Source: Phycisphaerae bacterium
Lineage (GTDB): Bacteria > Planctomycetota > Phycisphaerae > UBA1845
DNA: 64,000 bases
Direction: 5' to 3'
Assembly: GCA_963666835.2 (NCBI GenBank)
Contig: CAXXGO010000001.1
Coordinates: forward strand, 1,312,001 to 1,376,000
Made by a program: the position numbers and the translations under genes
Shown here: positions 49,728 to 61,800 of the stretch, piece after piece
How the letters are laid out: each line of letters begins with the position of its first letter
Position numbering within the stretch: position 1 is the first letter of the stretch
Notes under the pieces: generated by a model
Seen by the model: only the letters and a program-made list of their open reading frames with translations
Database searches by the model: none
What the model was told of the DNA's origin: nothing

Positions 49728-50142
49728 CCGCTGGAAGGGGTCGGTACACCGGGCGAGCGGGAGGAGAATCGGGTGTCATGGAAGGGTGGGATTCACGTGG
49801 CCTGGAGGGGTCTGGTGTCCCGCGAGTCACGCAATCGCTCGGAGGGATCGGCGATGATGCTCCCAAGCAAAGTAGGTCGGGTTTTGCCCGGCGCTAAAGA
49901 CAAGTAGCTCGGCCGGAGCCCGATCTACGGTGCTGGCAGCGGGCCCATCATTCTTGAGTGTGTCCTCGAGTCCGTCAGAAACCCCGCGATTGTCGAGTGG
50001 GGTGTCTGGTTAAGTGACACTTCGTGTTGCTTGAAGCCAACTCCAACGTCCGGTAAAATAACGTGCTCATTCTCCGCGCGATCTCGGAGGGGCGGGGTTG
50101 TCTTACCGGGTGCGTGGGTTTCATGTTTGGGGAGGGTCTGCG

Positions 50143-51258
50143 ATGTCGCGATTCGGTTGTGCTGCGGTGGTGTTCCTGATCGTGCTCTGTGCATCAAGCG
50201 TGCGGGCTGAGGTCGTCATCGAAACGGTGACCGTGGTGAATCCCACGAACGCGCCTGATTCGGAGATCATGGATGACTATACGACCGGTTATGGTGGTGT
50301 CAGTTACGCCTACGATATCGGCAAGTTCGAGGTAACGGCCGGGCAGTATGCGGAGTTCCTCAATGCCGTGGCAGAAGAGGATCCGTACGGGCTGTACAGC
50401 TTGTTCATGTTTTCGTCGAAGTTCGGATGCAAGATCCGGCGGACCGGGAGTTCGGGCAGCTATTCCTATCTGGTGGATGCCGACGAGGATGACGTCGAGG
50501 ACGCCGACTGGCTGAACCGGCCGGTTAACTACGTGTCGTGGGGCGATGCCGCTCGTTTCGCAAACTGGCTGCACAATGGCCGGCCAACCGGTGCTCAGGA
50601 TCCGAGCACAACGGAAGACGGGGCGTATCACCTCAACGGGGCCACGAGCGATGCCGAGCTGATGGCCGTTGCGCGCAGTGTGAACGCCACGTGGGTGATT
50701 CCGTCAGAGGACGAGTGGTACAAGGCTGCATACCACAAGAACGACGGCGTGACGGGAAACTACTGGTACTTTCCCACGGGCAGCAACAACATGCCGAGTA
50801 ATGAGCTGGTCGACCCGATCGACCCGGGCAATAACGCGACGTTCTACTACCCGGACATCTTCACCATCGACCGCCCTTACTATCGCACCGAGGTCGGTGC
50901 TCATGAGAACTCGGGCAGCCCATACGGCACGTTCGACCAGGGCGGGAACGTCCTCGAGTGGCACGAGACGGCAATCGCGTCGTATCGCGGTCTCCGCGGC
51001 GGGGCGTTCCGCTTCTACTTCAAGGATGCCGCTAATCTGGACGCGTCATACCGCGTCGGCAACAACCCGACGTACGAGAACGGCATCATCGGGTTCCGCG
51101 TTGCCCAAGTGCCCGGCGAAACCTGCGACGGACTGGACGGCGATGGCGATGGCGACGTTGATCTTGCTGACTTTGCGGTCTTCCAGGTCGGTTTCAGTGC
51201 TGGCGACCTTGCCGGCTACGCGGCTTTTCCCTATTGCTCCCGTGGGATTGGCGGATAG
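50143..51258 (+). CDS. Secreted formylglycine-generating-enzyme (SUMF1)-like domain protein with dockerin-like tail
   Basis: IGKFEVT, PVNYVSWGDA, PSEDEWYKAA, DQGGNVLEW, IGFRVA and DGDGDVDLADF. Confidence 0.85.
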   Translation: MSRFGCAAVVFLIVLCASSVRAEVVIETVTVVNPTNAPDSEIMDDYTTGYGGVSYAYDIGKFEVTAGQYAEFLNAVAEEDPYGLYSLFMFSSKFGCKIRRTGSSGSYSYLVDADEDDVEDADWLNRPVNYVSWGDAARFANWLHNGRPTGAQDPSTTEDGAYHLNGATSDAELMAVARSVNATWVIPSEDEWYKAAYHKNDGVTGNYWYFPTGSNNMPSNELVDPIDPGNNATFYYPDIFTIDRPYYRTEVGAHENSGSPYGTFDQGGNVLEWHETAIASYRGLRGGAFRFYFKDAANLDASYRVGNNPTYENGIIGFRVAQVPGETCDGLDGDGDGDVDLADFAVFQVGFSAGDLAGYAAFPYCSRGIGG

Positions 51259-51439
51259 CGCGGGTGGGGGACGGGTGAGACTCCGACGGGAACTGCACTC
51301 GGCAATCAGTTTCCCACTCTTCGCCTGGGGCTTAGTGTGTATGCCGTGACAGCGTCCATATACGGGGGTATTTTTGTCTACCGTGAGATAACACAGGGCG
51401 AAGGATGGAGCACCCTGGCTGGTAATCAGAGAGACAGGC

Positions 51440-52339
51440 ATGGCTGACCATTGCGTCCTCGGCATCGGCGAGCTTCTGTGGGATTGCTTCGGCAATACCC
51501 GTCGGCCCGGCGGGGCACTGGCCAACGTTGCCTTTCATGCAACGCAACTCGGCGTGCGGGGGCGGGTGTGTTCGCGAGTCGGGTATGATGACCTTGGTGA
51601 TGCCCTGCTTGGCGAGCTGAGCGGGCATGGCGTGGATACTACGTTGATTCAACGGGGCGCCTCGCATCCGACCGGTACGGTGACCGTAGATACTACGCAC
51701 CCGTCGGCCCCGACATATACGATTCACGAAAACGCAGCCTGGGACTACGTCGAATTCGACACGATGCTGGAGGAAGCTGCGGCCCGGGCCTCCGCCGTTT
51801 GCTTCGGGACGCTTGCCCAGCGGTCGCGGCAATCAAAGGAGACGATACACCGTGTCCTCGATGTCGTCCCGGAGGCAATGGTGGTCTATGATCTGAATCT
51901 GCGACCGCCGTGGTACGACCGGAACACGATCGAGTCATCTCTCAATCGCTGCACCGTGGCGAAGCTGAATGAGGACGAGGCTGAGCGGTTGGCGGACCTG
52001 CTCGGCTTTGGCGCATTGGATGCAGCCGATTGCGCGGCACATCTACTTTCGCGGTTTAGTATTACACTTGTTTGCGTCACTCGCGGCCCGAGGGGCTGCC
52101 TCCTCATTACCGATGCGGAACACGTGGATCAACCGGGGCTTACCGTGGAGGTTGCCGACGCCGTAGGTGCCGGAGACGCTTTCACGGCGGCGCTTGTCTG
52201 TGGCCTTCTCTGGAAATGGCCGCTTTCGGCCGTGGCCAGGTTCGCGAACGGCGTGGGAGGGCTCGTGGCAAGTCGGAACGGCGCGATGCCTGACTTGGCT
52301 GAAGAGTACCGGATTTTGCGCGAGAGTGTTTGCACGTAA
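51440..52339 (+). CDS. PfkB family carbohydrate kinase (fructokinase-like)
   Basis: GELLWD, PGGALANVA and DAVGAGDAF. Confidence 0.9.
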   Translation: MADHCVLGIGELLWDCFGNTRRPGGALANVAFHATQLGVRGRVCSRVGYDDLGDALLGELSGHGVDTTLIQRGASHPTGTVTVDTTHPSAPTYTIHENAAWDYVEFDTMLEEAAARASAVCFGTLAQRSRQSKETIHRVLDVVPEAMVVYDLNLRPPWYDRNTIESSLNRCTVAKLNEDEAERLADLLGFGALDAADCAAHLLSRFSITLVCVTRGPRGCLLITDAEHVDQPGLTVEVADAVGAGDAFTAALVCGLLWKWPLSAVARFANGVGGLVASRNGAMPDLAEEYRILRESVCT

Positions 52340-52391
52340 CGCGGCATTGAGATCCAAGAGGGCGGTCGGCCTTGGCTGCGCGGCGCGGAGC

Positions 52392-53729
52392 TTAGGTCTG
52401 CCGGGCGCAACCTGTGCCGTCGCCAAGGTCCAGATCCACCGTGTGATCCACTACGGTTGCAGGCAGGCCGCACTCCTTGCGTTGTCTGGACTCTTCCGGT
52501 CCGTCCTTTGATGTTTCGATTCTCATATCCCCCTGGAGGCCCAGATACGCCGCAACGTAGGAGGCAGCGCTCCACGCCTGATAAGCCTTACCCATGGGTC
52601 TTCCGGTGGTGCCGTGAGCCCACTCGGTGAATTCCCACTCTTTTTCCATGCCTTGTCTGCACAGTTCGGCCAGCCGAGTGAGAGCCTTCTCCGCCGATTT
52701 GTGCTCGCCGAGTCTTTCGAGGAACCGGACCCAAAGCCCGCCGACGAACGGCCAGATTCCCCCGTTGTGGTAGTGGTCCGGCAGATTCTGGAGATTGACC
52801 AAGAAGTAATCTCGCCAGTCGGGGGCGCCGGGCTGAATCGGCGGATATAGCACGCGGACCGGGTATGGTTCATCAACGGCAACATCGCGAAGAAACTGCC
52901 CCACTTTCTTAGAACGCGCGGTATCCAGAATACCGTATAGAACTGCGATGATGTTGGCGAAGACGTCGCACCGCCAACTGAAGCCAAACGGGGTGATCTG
53001 GGAGATTAGATACCGTGCCCGGCCCAGGTTGAACTGGGTGCTTGCAAAAGACTCGACGCAATCTCGGATCGTATCCGGTGTGGGCCAGAACTGCTCGTTG
53101 ATAATCTGCCTGATCCGCGCCGCCCGATTGATGTACCGTGCCGACGGCTGGTCGCAGATCTTGCGAAGTTCCACGAAATCCACGTTCGCCCTGTACCAGA
53201 GCACTTCGTCGTAGAGCACGTTATATGATCGTGGGAACAGGTCGGTCCAGTCGGAAGCCTCGGGGACCTCCAACAAGCCGCAGTTGTTCGAATCGTGAGC
53301 CCGCAGCCATTTCATCGTGCGGTGGAGGCGCCCGAAGTACTGCTTCGCAAAATCTACATCACCGGTGACTCTGACGTAGTTCCAGGCCGCGATGACAATC
53401 CAAAGCGCCCCATCGATCCCGGCGATGTTGCCGATGCCTCCGAACTCGGGACGACCGGTAGCGACTTCCACATAATTGGGGAGATGCCCATCGCGGGTCT
53501 GCGCCCCTAGGATGGTCTCCAGCGATCGGCGCGCGCATTCTGTGAGCTCGGGTTCCTCGAGGGGCAAAGCCCACATGAGCGTCATGGCGGCGTCCCTCGC
53601 CCAGACACTTCGATAGTTGCTTCCCGGGTCCTCGTCGTGCTGCATACTGCAGGCGCTGAATCCCCGCTCGGTGACATTCATGTGGAGAACCTGCCGCGCC
53701 TTGTCGAAGGCCTCGTCGATCAGATTCAT
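52392..53729 (-). CDS. Six-hairpin glycoside hydrolase, GH100 (alkaline/neutral invertase)-like
   Basis: NYRSVWARD, YHNGGIWPF, EFTEW and QAWSAA. Confidence 0.7.
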   Translation of the reverse strand: MNLIDEAFDKARQVLHMNVTERGFSACSMQHDEDPGSNYRSVWARDAAMTLMWALPLEEPELTECARRSLETILGAQTRDGHLPNYVEVATGRPEFGGIGNIAGIDGALWIVIAAWNYVRVTGDVDFAKQYFGRLHRTMKWLRAHDSNNCGLLEVPEASDWTDLFPRSYNVLYDEVLWYRANVDFVELRKICDQPSARYINRAARIRQIINEQFWPTPDTIRDCVESFASTQFNLGRARYLISQITPFGFSWRCDVFANIIAVLYGILDTARSKKVGQFLRDVAVDEPYPVRVLYPPIQPGAPDWRDYFLVNLQNLPDHYHNGGIWPFVGGLWVRFLERLGEHKSAEKALTRLAELCRQGMEKEWEFTEWAHGTTGRPMGKAYQAWSAASYVAAYLGLQGDMRIETSKDGPEESRQRKECGLPATVVDHTVDLDLGDGTGCARQT

Positions 53730-56700
53730 GGTGCTTCCTCCGTGCTGTCGTTCTTGACGGGCCGATTGCCGTCTTCACGAGTTTCCATTGTCCCGACTGT
53801 GGTGCCGCTAATCGGCAGTACATCCCGGATGCTCCGCACATGAATGTCGCATTGCGGGAAGGCAATCTCGACACCGGCCTCGCGAAACGCGGCATCGATC
53901 GCCTTATTGAGGTTGTGTCTGACTTTCAAGTATTGATCGATGCTTGGAACGAAGACTCGCAGCTCGAAAGTGAGGGAACTGTCGCCGAAGTCCAGGAACA
54001 AAACTCTGGGTTCCGGTTCGGCAAGGACGTCTTCCGTGGCACGCGCGACTTCGTATAGAATTGATTCGGCCAGATCCGTGTCTGAACCGTAAGCGATACC
54101 GACCGGGATCTTGACTCTGAGCACCGAGTCGGTCAGTGACCAGTTGACCACCTGTCCGGTGACGAACTCCTTATTGGGGATTACGAGTTCCTTTCTGTCC
54201 CAGTCAGTAATGGTAGTAGCCCGGATTCGAATGCGTGCAACTTCGCCGCTTATATCGCCGACAGTGACTGTATCGCCGATGCGGATTGGGCGCTCGAACA
54301 ACAGGATCAGGCCGGACACGAAGTTGGCAAAGATCTCCTGCAGGCCGAATCCCAGACCGACGGTCATGGCCGCAACAAGCCACTGCACCTTCGACCAACC
54401 GACGCCGATTGAACCAAAAGCCACGATCACGCCTACCACGATTATGATGTACCGGGCAATCGTAGTAATAGCGAACCGCCCGCCCCGATCGACGGGCAAC
54501 TTGCTGAGAAGGGCGATTTCCAGCAGCCCGGGTATGTTTTTCGCCAGGATCATTGTGACGACCGTGACAAGTAACGCGAGGACCATGTGCGCCAAGGTCA
54601 CGTATGCAACTTGCGGAGCCGGGGGTGCGGCGCTCGCCTCACCGGCCGTGTTGACGGTAGTAGACGTGTAGGACCAGAGCCTTACGTCTTTCATGAAGCC
54701 CAGCGAAGGCAGCAAATCAACCCAGAGAAACCAAAGACCAATCACCAGACCAAGCACGATGAACGAGCGCAAGAGTTTTCGAGTCTGCGCGCCGACGGCG
54801 ACTAAGTCCAAATCCGGTCCATCGAGTGACGATGGATCAGAAACAGGAGACGTTCCCGCGGTCTGCAAATCTGCTACCCGCTTTGCCTGTTTAGCCTTGG
54901 CCTGCTGGAGTGCCAGGCGGCGCTGGGCCACGAGTAACCAGCGGACCATCATTGCGTGCAGAAGCACTAGCAGCAAGATAAGCCACGCCGTGTGGGCCAG
55001 CCGCTGGGCAAACTCAACCGCGGTGTAGTGGTAGCCGGCGAAAGACATCGCCGCTAGGACAAGTGGCGCCAGTAATGCGGCCAGGTACCAGACATACCTC
55101 AGGCCATACAGCCAGCCACTCTTGGTCCGAAGGTAGCGGCGTGCCAACACTCCCGTGCGCGGGCGGAGAATCCGGTGGCCGAAAAGGCCTAACGCAATCA
55201 TGCCAGCGATAAAGGCGAGCCGACCGAATAGCTCACGCCAGTCAACATCTGTGTATTGTTCGGTGAAGGAGACAACGCCGATAGCGGGAATACCGACAAT
55301 CGCAAGCCAACGGATGTCGCGACGCAGGAGTACGGTGCTCGCAGAGTCCCAGCGGAAGTGCTTTTCGGCCAGCCCCTGCGAGCGGCAGATCCGGCGGACA
55401 AGCCCTAAGGTGAGCATCAATAGCGAGATCGCACAAAGGGCTGCCCCGACGGCTTCCGCCAGTCCGTACGCGGCGGCTTCCGTGCCGCCCACCGACGACG
55501 GAGTGCGCCATGCGAGAAAGAGCAAAAGAACCGGCCAAGGAAGTGCGAGGATCAGCGTATAAGCAAACGCCTGAATCGTGAGCCAATAGGAGTCAGTCGC
55601 GGCCCGTGCGACCTTCTGGCTGATTTCGCGCAAAGACGAGCGGATTCTGAACCGCGCTGCAAACATGGCGGCGACGGCGAGAACGATTAGGGCGTACATG
55701 ACCTGATGGGTGGCCGCATCTTGTAGTACTGATTGGGAAAGTATGGGCCACGCCGGGCTAAGGGCCGGCCAATCGTCCGGAAGCCTCACTCGATAAAGCG
55801 GCTCCGCACTCGGAATCCACAGGACGTGGCGTTCAATGAACTCGCCAAACTCGCTTACCTTCGCCAGCAGACTATTCGTGGCCGTGCTGAGCTGGATCAG
55901 GTCGTTCGTATAGGTCTCGTAATCCTTCTTCAAACCGTCGAGCAAGTCTCGGCGGGATTCAAGCGACTCCCGGATCCGAGGCTCGACGCGCGCGAGGTTG
56001 TACGACATGTCGGATTCGGCCAGAGCATCAAGAACCTCCTGCACGCGGGCGTCAAGATCCGCCAGGTTCACACGGTCGTTCTCAATCTCCGTGTGTCTGA
56101 GGCGTGCCTGGGCGAGCTGTTGCCGGACTGATCGCAGTTGAAGCTCGTGGCTGCGAAGACCTTCGAGCTCTGTTCGGTGCTGCCGCATCACCGGACCGAT
56201 GAACTCCGACATTCCCTCCGTGCCGGCGTTATCCTGAACGAACTTGAAACCCTTCGCGAGCTTGTCGCCGGCTTCTGCCACCTGCTTGGCATTTGTCTTC
56301 AGCTCACCGAGCCTCTGGTTAAGCGCGGCTCGTTCCTCGGCCAACTGCGCGTTACTCTCAGCGAGCTCTCGGACTGCGGAAGGAGCCCGGGCCAGCTCCT
56401 CCTCGGTCTGCTGTCTTTGCCTCTCCACATCCGCTTGGCGGCGTTGGGTTACCAAGGCCTGCAGGGCGGCTGTCCGGGCTTGAGCTTCCGAGACCGCCAG
56501 TCTTGCTTCGTCGCGGCGCACCGCCAACACGTCGCTTCGAGCGCTGTAGAATCGAAGCTCCTCATCGTACGCCGTTATTTCCCGCTCGATCGCGCGTTTC
56601 TGGGCCGAGAGCAACATTTTCTTGGCTTGGGCGATTTGGGGACTTAATCCAGGGGCCGGAGTGGCGGCCAGCTCCGGGGTAAGTTTCTCGATTCTCCGGT

Positions 56701-57277
56701 TGGCCTCCGCCAGAAGCTCCGGGATGACAATCCGCCGATCCGACCTTTGCTTAGCCTCATCCTCGAGCTTCTTGGCCTCATCTTGCTTGGCCTTGAGATC
56801 AGCCTCCGCCTGGGTCAGGTCTTGGGACAGCTTTTCCAGGGGCGCGCCTGACTCGACCTCCGTGACTGGCACCGTGCCCGGCTGTTTCGCGGTGTTGGCC
56901 AACCGGGTTTTGACCTTCTCGAGATCGGCAGGAGCCTCCTCGCGCCCTTTCCGATAGGAATCGATCTTGGCGGCCCAGTTGCCCGCGATGTTGACCTGTT
57001 CCAAGGCTTGGTTATAGAAGCCAAGGAGCTCTGTTTTCGTCGTCTCGGGCAGGTCGTTCGTGGCTTTTATTTGTTTAATGCGATCCTGAATGCTGTCCGC
57101 CGACAGATCGGAAACCGGCTCGCTCGGCTGGTCCTGTTGTACGGCCTGTTGAGCGTCAGGCTGTGCCGGCGGCAGGCTGGAAGGTTCCTGGGCGGTTAGC
57201 GGCGAGCACCATGCGCAAACGACCACACCGATCCGAAGAACCCGGAGCAGTGGGTAGCGGCTGCTTCTGCAGTACAT
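53726..57277 (-). CDS. MscK/KefA-like mechanosensitive channel
   Basis: Long periplasmic coiled coil, multi-TM region, GLGFGLQEIFANFVSGLILLFERPIRIGD. Confidence 0.92.
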   Translation of the reverse strand: MYCRSSRYPLLRVLRIGVVVCAWCSPLTAQEPSSLPPAQPDAQQAVQQDQPSEPVSDLSADSIQDRIKQIKATNDLPETTKTELLGFYNQALEQVNIAGNWAAKIDSYRKGREEAPADLEKVKTRLANTAKQPGTVPVTEVESGAPLEKLSQDLTQAEADLKAKQDEAKKLEDEAKQRSDRRIVIPELLAEANRRIEKLTPELAATPAPGLSPQIAQAKKMLLSAQKRAIEREITAYDEELRFYSARSDVLAVRRDEARLAVSEAQARTAALQALVTQRRQADVERQRQQTEEELARAPSAVRELAESNAQLAEERAALNQRLGELKTNAKQVAEAGDKLAKGFKFVQDNAGTEGMSEFIGPVMRQHRTELEGLRSHELQLRSVRQQLAQARLRHTEIENDRVNLADLDARVQEVLDALAESDMSYNLARVEPRIRESLESRRDLLDGLKKDYETYTNDLIQLSTATNSLLAKVSEFGEFIERHVLWIPSAEPLYRVRLPDDWPALSPAWPILSQSVLQDAATHQVMYALIVLAVAAMFAARFRIRSSLREISQKVARAATDSYWLTIQAFAYTLILALPWPVLLLFLAWRTPSSVGGTEAAAYGLAEAVGAALCAISLLMLTLGLVRRICRSQGLAEKHFRWDSASTVLLRRDIRWLAIVGIPAIGVVSFTEQYTDVDWRELFGRLAFIAGMIALGLFGHRILRPRTGVLARRYLRTKSGWLYGLRYVWYLAALLAPLVLAAMSFAGYHYTAVEFAQRLAHTAWLILLLVLLHAMMVRWLLVAQRRLALQQAKAKQAKRVADLQTAGTSPVSDPSSLDGPDLDLVAVGAQTRKLLRSFIVLGLVIGLWFLWVDLLPSLGFMKDVRLWSYTSTTVNTAGEASAAPPAPQVAYVTLAHMVLALLVTVVTMILAKNIPGLLEIALLSKLPVDRGGRFAITTIARYIIIVVGVIVAFGSIGVGWSKVQWLVAAMTVGLGFGLQEIFANFVSGLILLFERPIRIGDTVTVGDISGEVARIRIRATTITDWDRKELVIPNKEFVTGQVVNWSLTDSVLRVKIPVGIAYGSDTDLAESILYEVARATEDVLAEPEPRVLFLDFGDSSLTFELRVFVPSIDQYLKVRHNLNKAIDAAFREAGVEIAFPQCDIHVRSIRDVLPISGTTVGTMETREDGNRPVKNDSTEEAP

Positions 57278-57834
57278 GAGCACATCTCCGTAAGCGGCGG
57301 ACTCTCCGAGGAGCCGGCTCGGCCTGGAACGGTTCAGGCCCCGCAGCCCCCCGAGGCGAAAGCATACCTCGAAATCCGGTTCCCTGGTACGATGGGTACA
57401 AGCATCCGATGCCGAGGCGCTGGACACGACCAGACAGGAAACGAGATCGTTGCAGGATCACGGTTCATCTTGCCCCATTTGCCTTTTTGTCCGGCTTTTC
57501 CGCAGATTCTATCGGTGGTGGCGCTTGGGCGCTGTTAGGGGGGAGCCCTCGAGTTCTTCGGGGTTTTTCGAGGCATTGCTCCAGCGTCTGAAGGGAATAG
57601 GGAGCCGACCCCGCCGTCGTCTAGGACGGCGGGGCTGGCCGGCGCCTTCGGTGCGCCGTCGGCTTGGCTATCCCTTGCCGGGTCGTTCTCCAGCAGGGTC
57701 CGCCTCCGTTTTACCAAGCCGGGCTAGGGTACCAACCGGCCGCGGTTTGCTTGAGCGGCATCCGGTCGACGTTGGTTTCAAGATGGGGGCGGACGCGGTC
57801 GCCCGCCCCAGTCGAAATGCCTCAGGCAATCACA

Positions 57835-58623
57835 TCAGTAGGCGGTACATGGCCAGCCTGAGCTACCCGGGTCGTACGGGTACTTGCTGCCCGTGAATGC
57901 GTTTATCTCTATCAGGACGTCTGACATAGTGACGATTTCGTTGGGACCTTCGTCATGCAGGTCCACCCAGTGGCGGGGGGGGGCTTGAACCGCGCTCTGG
58001 AATCTCTGGATTATAGCCATAAGGTCGTTCATATTCACCAAGCCGTCCGGTCCCGTCCAGGATCCATCCTCGGGCGGGCCCACGACATCGCCCCAGTATT
58101 TCTGGCTTGGTTTGGGAGTTGATGAAACCACGAGCGGATCCGACCAAGTACTCGCACCGTCACCAGCTCGGACCTCAAACGTCGCGGCCGGGTGGATCAT
58201 ACAGTCGAAGATGTGCAGCGGCTCCTCCGGCCAGGTCTGCACCAATGGCATGGAGATCAGCGGGTAGTAGCCCTGCGCCGTGACCGAACCGACATACTTG
58301 GTCTCGCCGACCGAATCCGGGAAGTACAAGCTGGATGTCACTTTCACCTGCAGCGCGACCGGATCACCCACGTTCTCCGCCATGATCGAGATGTAGCGGC
58401 TCTTTGTGTTGTCTTCGGGAGGCGGCGGCAGCACGGGGGACTCATACGGATCGCGGGCATCGCCATACTCTACCTCTCCCTCATTCCAATCGTCGCTCGT
58501 AGGCTGAGGAGTAGTGTCGGTCGAATCGGCTAAGATGCCATGGACGCTCCAGCCAAACACAATCAGCCCTGCAACCGCCAACCCCGCGATTGCACGTTTC
58601 CGGTAAACTTGTGTGTTTTTCAT
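57835..58623 (-). CDS. Secreted hypothetical protein with dockerin/EF-hand-like C-terminus
   Basis: GGAGGT RBS; signal peptide; WGDVVG...PDGLVNMNDL. Confidence 0.7.
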   Translation of the reverse strand: MKNTQVYRKRAIAGLAVAGLIVFGWSVHGILADSTDTTPQPTSDDWNEGEVEYGDARDPYESPVLPPPPEDNTKSRYISIMAENVGDPVALQVKVTSSLYFPDSVGETKYVGSVTAQGYYPLISMPLVQTWPEEPLHIFDCMIHPAATFEVRAGDGASTWSDPLVVSSTPKPSQKYWGDVVGPPEDGSWTGPDGLVNMNDLMAIIQRFQSAVQAPPRHWVDLHDEGPNEIVTMSDVLIEINAFTGSKYPYDPGSSGWPCTAY

Positions 58624-58734
58624 GACCATTGACCTCCGTTGTTTAGATACGAACACCTCAACCTATGAGATAGGTTCTCCTCCGGACTAGTTGTTAGTCG
58701 TTTCACGGGCGGTGGCCCGTCCCCAAAGGCCGAA

Positions 58735-58769
58735 GCAACTTCGGCGTCGGCTTGCGACTCCGAAGTTGC
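58735..58769. terminator. Strong intergenic hairpin (terminator or RNA stabiliser)
   Basis: GCAACTTCGG-CGTCG...CGACT-CCGAAGTTGC; no clear U tract. Confidence 0.35.
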
Positions 58770-58859
58770 CCCGCCCCGTCTATTCGAGTTGTCTATGGAA
58801 AGTCGAATACTGCTCGACCAGCGGGACCCGTGATCGGATTCCCATCGGAAAACGTCGGC

Positions 58860-61800
58860 TTATTCGACGCACCCAAGCACACTGTCGCAGGTCATGCCGG
58901 CCGGGCAGGCCGTGTGGTCGGGAGTGTTCAAGCACGTATCTCCCTCCTCCCAGCAGGCGTCTATCGTGCAATCAACGCCGTCGTCACAGTCGACCAGCGT
59001 GCCGCTTTGGCAGGTCTGATTCGCATCGCACGTTTCCAGGCCGTTACAGAATGCCCCGTCGTCGCAATGAGTGTCGCTTTCGCACTCGACGCACCCATAC
59101 GTCGTGCTGCAGATCCAATCCCCCAGGCACATCCAGTCGCGAGGGACGTTGTAGCACACGTCCGCCGTTGTATAGCAGGCGTCTTCCGTGCATGCGATGC
59201 CGTCGTCGCAGGTCTCGGGCGGCCCGGACTGGCAGTCAAGAGCCAGATCGCAGTACTCCACACCGTCGCAGAGCACGTCGTTGTCACATGACTCGTGATC
59301 GAGGGTGTGCTCACAGGTGTTCGTGGCCAGGTTACACGTGTCCACCGTGCAGCCTACCTCATCATCACAGTGGGCGTCGTTATAGCACTCGACACAGCCG
59401 AGCGTCGTGCTGCAAACGGAATCCCCGGCGCACAGCCAGTCGCAGGGTACATTGTAGCACACGTCCATTGTTGAATAGCAGGCGTCTTGCGTGCACTCGA
59501 TGCCGTCGTCGCAGGTTTCGGGAGGGCCGGACTGACAGTCAAGCGCCGGATCGCAGTACTCCACACCGTCGCACAGCACGTCGTTGTCACATGACGCGTG
59601 ATCGAGAACATGCTCGCAGGTGTTCGTGGCCAGATTACACGTGTCGACCGTGCAGCCGACGCCGTCATCGCAGTGACCGTCGCCGTAGCATTCAACGCAG
59701 CCGAGCGTGATACTGCAAACCCAATCCCCGGCGCACATCCAGTCGCGAGGCAGATTGTAGCACACGTCCTGCGTGGCATAGCAGGCGTCTTCCGTACACT
59801 CGATACCGTCGTCGCAGGTCTCGGGCGGGCCGGACTGACAGTCAAGAGCCGGATCGCAGAATTCCACGCCATCGCAGAGCACGTCATTGTCACACGATGC
59901 ATGATCGAGGGCATGTTCGCAGGTGTTCGTGGCCAGGTTACAGGTATCGACCGTGCAGCCGACCTCATCATCACAGTGAGCGTCGTTATAACACTCGACA
60001 CAGCCGAGCGTCGTGCTGCAAACGAAATCCCCGGCGCACAGCCAGTCGCAGGGCACATTGTAGCACACGTCCATTGTTGAATAGCAGGCGTCTTGTGTGC
60101 AGTCGATGCCGTCGTCGCAAGTCTCGGGTGGACCGGACTGGCAGTCTAGAGTCGGATCGCAGAATTCCACGCCGTCGCAGAGTACGTCGTTGTCACATGA
60201 CGCGTGATCGAGGGCATGCTCGCACGTGTTCGTCGCCAGATTACACGTGTCGACCGTGCAGCCGACCTCATCATCACAGTGGACGTCGCTGTCGCATTCG
60301 ACACATCCGTACGTCATACTGCAGATGAAATCCCCCTCGCACATCCAATCTCGCGGCAGGTTGTAGCACGTTCCCTGCGGTCCGTAGCAGGCGTCTTCGG
60401 TGCACTCGATGCCGTCGTCGCAATCGATGGGGGTGCCGCTTTGGCACATGCCCATGGCGTCGCACGTTTCTTCACCGTTGCAGGTATCGCCGTCGTCGCA
60501 ATCCTCGTCGTCGTCGCACTCGATGCACCCGAGTGTCGTACTGCAGATCCAGTTCTCGGGGCACATCCAATCGCGAGGCACGTTGTAGCACACATCCGCC
60601 GTTGTATAGCAGGCGTCCTCCGTACACTCGATGCCGTCGTCGCAGGTTTCGGGCGGGCCGGACTGGCAATCGAGAGTCGGATCGCAGTATTCCACGCCGT
60701 CGCAGAGCACGTCGTTATCGCACGACGCATGATCGACGGCGTGCTCACAGGTGTTCGTAGCCGGATCACACGTGTCGACCGTACAGCCAACGGCGTCATC
60801 ACAATGGGCGTCGCTGTAGCACTCAACACAGCCGAGTGTCACACTGCAGACCCAATCCCCGGCGCACATCCAGTCGCGAGGCACGTTGTAGCACACGTCC
60901 TGCGTGGCATAGCAGGCGTCTTCCGTACATGCGATACCGTCATCGCAGGTCTCGGGCGGACCGGACTGACAATCAAGAGCCGGATCGCAGTACTCCACGC
61001 CGTCGCAGAATACCCCGTTGTCACACGATGCATGATCGAGGGCATGTTCGCAGGTGTTCGTGGCCAGGTTACACGTGTCGATCGTGCAGCCGACCCCATC
61101 ATTACAGTGAGTGTCGTTATAGCACTCGACACAGCCGAGCGTCGTGCTGCAAACGAAATCCCCGGCGCACAACCAGTCGCAGGGTATATTGTAGCACACA
61201 TCCGCCGTTGTATAGCAGGCGTCTTGAGTACAGTCGATGCCGTCGTCGCAGGTCTCGGGCGGGCCGGACTGGCAGTCGAGAGTCGGATCACAGAATTCCA
61301 CACCGTCACAGAGCACGTCGTTGTCGCATGACGCATGATCGAGCGCGTGCTCGCAGGTGTTCGTGGTCATATTACAGGTGTCGATCGTACAGCCGACCCC
61401 ATCATCACAGTGGGCGTCGCTGTCGCACTCGACGCATCCGTAAGTCACGCTGCAGATGAAATCGCCCTCACACATCCAATCTCGCGGCAGGTTGTAACAC
61501 GTTGCCTGCGGTCCGTAGCAGGCATCTTCCGTACACTCAATGTCATCGTCGCAATCGACGGCCGTGCCGGCTTGGCACATCCCACTCGCATCGCACGTTT
61601 CTTGGCCGTTACAGGCATAGTCGTCGTCGCAATCCTCGTCGTCGTCGCATTCGATGCACCCGAGCGTTGTGCTGCAGAACATACCTGTCGGGCACATCCA
61701 ATCGCGAGGCACGTTATAGCACACATCCGCCGTCGTATAGCAGGCGTCTTCGGTACACTCGATGCCGTCGTCGCACGTCTCGGGCACGCCGGCCTGGCAG

